A DNA stretch of 64,000 nt, from NCBI GenBank assembly GCA_963706285.1, contig CAVPLU010000010.1, forward strand, positions 196,087-260,086, written 5' to 3'. Source of the stretch: Candidatus Bathyarchaeota archaeon. Its GTDB lineage: Archaea; Thermoproteota; Bathyarchaeia; 40CM-2-53-6. Shown here piece by piece: positions 60,077-64,000 of the stretch; the stretch's first letter is position 1, and the number at the start of each line of letters is the position of its first letter. The translations under genes were made by a program, and so were the position numbers. A model generated the notes under the pieces. It did no database searches and had not been told where the DNA came from. It saw only the letters and a program-made list of their open reading frames with translations.

Positions 60077-61790
60077 CGACGCTCGATGCCCTCGCCGGGG
60101 CCGCCCGCGACGTCCGCGCCGCGTGGCGCCCACGTTCCTCCGCTGCCGTCGCGGCGTTCGCGCTCGCCGCGGTCGCACCGCTCGTGTTCGGCACGGCGCG
60201 CACGGCCGACCTGGCAGGCGGCCTCTACCTCGCGGCGGCCGCGGTCGGCCTTGCTTTCGTGGTCGGCATCGCGGGGCTGCCGCTGCTCGCGCAAGGCGGG
60301 CTGGTTGCGGTCGGCGCGGTCGTTTGCGCGCGACTGCTGCAGCACGGCGTGCCGCTCGCGCCGGCGATCGTCTGCGGCGGCGTCGCCGGCGCGCTCGCCG
60401 GCGGGCTGATCGGCCTCGCGTTCGCCAGGCTGCCACGAGTCGTCTTCGCCGCCGCCACGTGGATCGTCGCATGGGCGATCGCCCTCGGCCTGCAGTCGCT
60501 TCCCTGGCTCGTCGGGGTGACGCAGGGCCTTGTCGTCGACGCGCACGGACCGACACCTCGGCGGCGGTTCGGCTGCCGCGCTGGCCCTCACCGCGCTCGC
60601 CGCGCTCGCGTTCACGGCCCTCGCGCGCTCCCCGTTCGGCCTCGTGCTCGCCGCGGCGCGTGAGCGGGAACCGGCGGCGCGCGCACTCGGCCTCCCGGTC
60701 GCGCGGCTCGCGCGCAGGCGATCGCAACGGCAGGCGCGGTCGCGGGGGTCGCGGGGGCGCTTGCGGTCCACCTCGCCGCGGTCGCCGACCCCGCGAGCTT
60801 CGGCCCGTACCTCTCCTTCCGGCTCTTCGTCGTCGTCCTGATCGGCGGGCCGCTCGCCGCACTCGGCGCACCGCTCGGGATGCTCGTGCTCGGCCTGCTT
60901 TCGCTCGCCGCAGACACGATCGGATCGCTCGAGGGCGTCTCCGCGGCGAGGACGCACACGCTCCTCACGTCGGGCTGCTGCTGCTCGCCGTCGTGTCGCT
61001 CGGCTGGGAGGGGATCCTGCGCCCAGCGAGGCGGGGCGCCACCCGGGCCCGGGCGACAGAGCCCTCGCCCCGCACGCACAAGCGTCGCTCACGGCGGCCG
61101 GGCTGCAGAAGCGCTTCGGGGAGGTCACCGCCGCGCGCGACGTGTCGCTCGACGTGGAGCCGGGCAAGATCACCGCGCTCGTCGGGCCGAACGGCTCCGG
61201 TAAGACCACCGTGCTGCGCCTGCTCGCCGGCGTGATCGAGCCCGACGCCGGCCGGATCGACGGCACCGCCGGCGTCACACGCACGTTGCAGGGCAGCGGG
61301 ATCTTTCCGTCCCTCACGCCGCTCGAGCACGTCCTGGCCGCGTCCGCCCGACGACGCCGTTCCGCCGGCTTCTTGCGCTCGCTGCTGTCGACGCCGCGCT
61401 TCCGCGCCGAGGAAACCGTGTTCGACGCCGAGGCCGGGCACGTGCTGACGCGATTCGGCGTGCTCCGCGACGTGCCGGCCGGAGAGCTGCCCGCCGGCGC
61501 CCAACGGCGGCTGATGCTGGCCGCCGCCTACGCGACCGGTGCGCCGGTGCTCCTCGTCGACGAGCCCACCGCCGGCTCGTAGCGCGACGCGCCCGCGGCA
61601 TGGTCGAGTTGCTGGCCGCGCTCCGCGCGGAGGGGCTTGCACTGCTCGTCGTCGAGCACGATCTCCCCGTGGTGCGGAAGCTCGCGGTGGGCGTGGTCGT
61701 CGCTGGACGCCGCTCGGTGATCGCCGACGGCCCGGCGACGCCGTCGCCGACGACCCGGACGTGCGGGCCGCCTACCTCGGCAGGCACGGT
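60073..61790 (+). CDS. LivM-like permease plus LivG-like ATPase (apparently fused), multiply frameshifted
   Basis: GLPLLAQGG.VAVGA, RSPFG..AAREREPAARALG, GPNGSGKTT, LLVDEPTAG, VVEHDL and VRAAYLG. Confidence 0.7.
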
Positions 61791-61798
61791 CTCCGCCG

Positions 61799-63030
61799 AT
61801 GTGCCGCCACATCCTCACGCTCGGTCTCGCCGCGTCGACGCTGCTCCTCTCCGCCTGCGGCGGCCACCCAGAGCGCGCCAAGCCGACCGACGCTCCTGGT
61901 CGTCGTCAACGCGCCGTTCACGCGAACGCCGTACCTCGGGCAGGCGATCGAGAGCGGCGTCCGACTCGCGGCCTCGGAGCAGAACCACTCCGGTGTGCCG
62001 GTCGGCAAGCGACCTACAACCTGCGCGTGCAGACGATGGACAGCGCGCTCTCACCGGCGCAGGCCGTCGCCAACATGCGCCGCGCCATCGGCGAGCACGC
62101 CGTCGCCGTGGTCGACGAGGGCACCGGGATCGACGCGTCGTGGCGCGTCGCCGCGCCGTCGCACACGCCGATCGGCGTCGTCTTCGAAGGCGGACAGGGA
62201 GGTCGTCGACCCGGTCAGCGGCCGAACGTCTACCGCATCGCCCCGACCGACCACGGCGTCGCATTTCGGCTCGCCGAGTAACCTGATCCCGAAGCGCCTC
62301 CGGCTCGGCCTGCTGCACGACGACTCGGACTACGGCACGGCCGGCGCGGCGGCGCTGCGGAGGCGTTCGCAGAGAACGGTCGTCCGTCGCGATCGACGAG
62401 ACCCTCCCCGCGAATGCGCTCGACCTCTCACCGCAGATCCTGCGCGCGCGCCAGCGCGCACGCCAGCGCTGATCGTCTGGGGGCGCCCCGCGACGATCGC
62501 GGCGGCGATCACCGCCGCACGCACCGCCGGCTGGCAGGTGCCCTTCTACACACCGCCGACCGGCAGCGATCCGTTCATCCGCCAGCGGCTCGCCAACCAT
62601 CCGGCCTGGGTCGACGGGCTGACCTTCGCGAGCGGCAGGCTCACAGCCGAGGTCGGCGTCAAGCCGTTCCAGTTCGTCGAGCACCGGCTGCAGAGTGCGT
62701 TCGGCCCCGTGCTCGTCGGCGTGAAGACGAAAGCCGGGCTCGAGGTCGTGCAGCCGCCCGAGACGGCGATGTACGCGTATGACTTCGTCAACGTGCTCGC
62801 GGCCGCGTTGCGAAAAGCGTCCACGCCCGACCGCGCGCAGATCACGAAGGCCCTGAACGAGGTGGTCGTCGAGGGCGCGAACGGCGACTCGCGCGGCTTC
62901 AACCAGCACAACCACGACGGCGTCGTCGACGACGACGTGTACTTCGCGCGCTTCCACGAGATGACATACGCTCCGGCGTACCGACGACCCGCTGTCCGCG
63001 ACTCTCCCGAAGGTTCCACAGACACGATGA
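61799..63030 (+). CDS. LivK-like ABC substrate-binding lipoprotein, frameshifted
   Basis: LLLSACGG lipobox, YRIAPTD, LHDDSDYG and AYDFVNVLAAA. Confidence 0.75.
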
Positions 63031-63445
63031 GAAGGCTCTTGACGCTCGCGCTCGCATCGACGCTCCTTGCCTTTGCGCTCGCAGCCTGCGGCGAGGACGA
63101 GGACAAGGACGCGGTCAACAAGGACTGCCCGGCGGCGCCGGCCGCGATGACCGATCACACGCGCTCCCGGGCGACTTCCCGGCTCCTGCCGACATGGTGT
63201 TCACCAGCGTCGAGAAGGACAAGTTCCAGTCGATCGCCGAGGGCTACCTGAACGGCGACATCTCGGAGGCGCACACGGCCGTCGCCGATGCCGTGAAGGG
63301 CGCATCCGGTCGACGTCACCAAGGAGGAGCAGGACGTCGCCGACTCGGAGGTCAACTTCTCTGGCGCGGGGAACTCGGGCCAGGTGAAGATGAACCAGAC
63401 GTGCCGCGACCACACGGACGTCAAGATCACGATCCGGCCCGCATC
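63027..63445 (+). CDS. Hypothetical lipoprotein, frameshifted
   Basis: MRRLLTLALASTLLAFALAAC lipobox; the end is approximate. Confidence 0.6.
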
Positions 63446-63449
63446 GCCC

Positions 63450-64000
63450 GCGGGCTCTGCTCGCTTGCCGCAGGCGCGGCCGTGCTGCTCGCGGCCACGC
63501 CGGCCGCTGCGGCGCCCGGGTCGATCGCGCTTCCGTCTCCGCTGACGCGGCTCAGCCCCGAGCCGCCGCTCGGGGGCGGTGCGTCGTCGTCCTTCGAGAC
63601 GCGGCGACATCGCGTCGATTCGACGGTCCGCGTCCGTGTGTCGGTCGCCCCGTCGGGCGCGCCCTTCGCGGTCGTCGCCGTGCAGCGGCTCGTCGTCCGC
63701 GACCGCGGCGACTACGTGTTCACGATCGCTGCGCCGCTCGTCGACGTCGCGGCCGCGCCGGGCTCGCAGTCGACGCCGGGGTTCCGCGACACCGCCATCC
63801 TCTGGACGGGGTTCAACCCGGGACGGCGGCTGCTCGCCGCCCGCGCGACGCTCCGCCGGCGCCGCGCACGCCGCTGCTGCCGCTGCGGATCGAACGACAC
63901 GGCGCGCGCACGACCCTGATCGACCGGACGCAGGTCTCTGCCACCGCGCTGGCGGCGGACGCGAAACCCGAGCCGCTGCGCACGAGGGACTCGAGCGCCT
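63450..64000 (+). CDS. Hypothetical secreted protein, partial
   Basis: Ala-rich signal peptide (AAVLLAATPAAAA) then a beta-rich region; boundaries are approximate. Confidence 0.45.

Larger units (their letters stand above)
59844..64000. other. High-GC bacterial (actinobacterial-like) segment, probably a chimeric join
   Basis: Counted GC is 27/60 in line 59701 and 48/60 in line 60121. The segment has a bacterial lipobox gene and dense frameshifts. Confidence 0.9.

Noticed and set aside
59647-60663. Novel Dph6-permease fusion protein (338-aa ORF)
   Set aside because: The ORF reads through the compositional junction and is best explained as a chimera.
59809-63900. Long Arg/Ala/Pro-rich ORFs on both strands
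   Set aside because: These are shadow frames expected in very high-GC DNA. The real genes are the frameshifted + strand Liv-type genes.
1-64000. CRISPR array or cas operon, prompted by tnpB and the cas1 remnant
   Set aside because: No regularly spaced repeats and no other cas genes were seen. The tnpB has IS-type ends, so it is not called Cas12f.
1-64000. tRNA, rRNA, SRP or RNase P genes
   Set aside because: No cloverleaf or conserved core motifs were found by eye. The GTTCGAATC near 42643 lacks flanking tRNA stems.

Overview
Positions 1 to about 59,843 are a gene-dense, mid-GC archaeal chromosome segment. Its gene content is TACK-like and most consistent with Bathyarchaeia (inference): UPF0147, an SSSCA1-family protein, Hef, a PAC4-like protein, a DUF131 pair and rps13/rps4. 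It carries housekeeping and metabolic genes (proA/proB, hef, GGPP synthase, tmk, fumC, cysK, mtnP) and ion-homeostasis systems (CDF exporter, kdpABC, NatAB-like ABC, Zn/Mn ABC with a DtxR-family regulator). It also holds a solo-tnpB IS200/IS605 element with both ends intact, a hidden cas1/casposase remnant, and an arsenic island. The top candidate for an undescribed system is in that island: a tightly coupled operon arsR-acr3-small Cys protein-gcvH-like lipoyl carrier-DGC-DGC-OsmC, next to an hgcC-like gene and arsM. It may be a lipoate-based As(III) handling or redox module. At about 59,844 a diphthine-ammonia ligase gene is cut off and the sequence switches abruptly to very high-GC, frameshift-rich bacterial DNA (Liv-type ABC transporter), most likely a chimeric join. 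Many single-base frameshifts suggest uncorrected long-read errors. No rRNA, tRNA or CRISPR array was seen. All family calls rest on motif recognition, not database searches.
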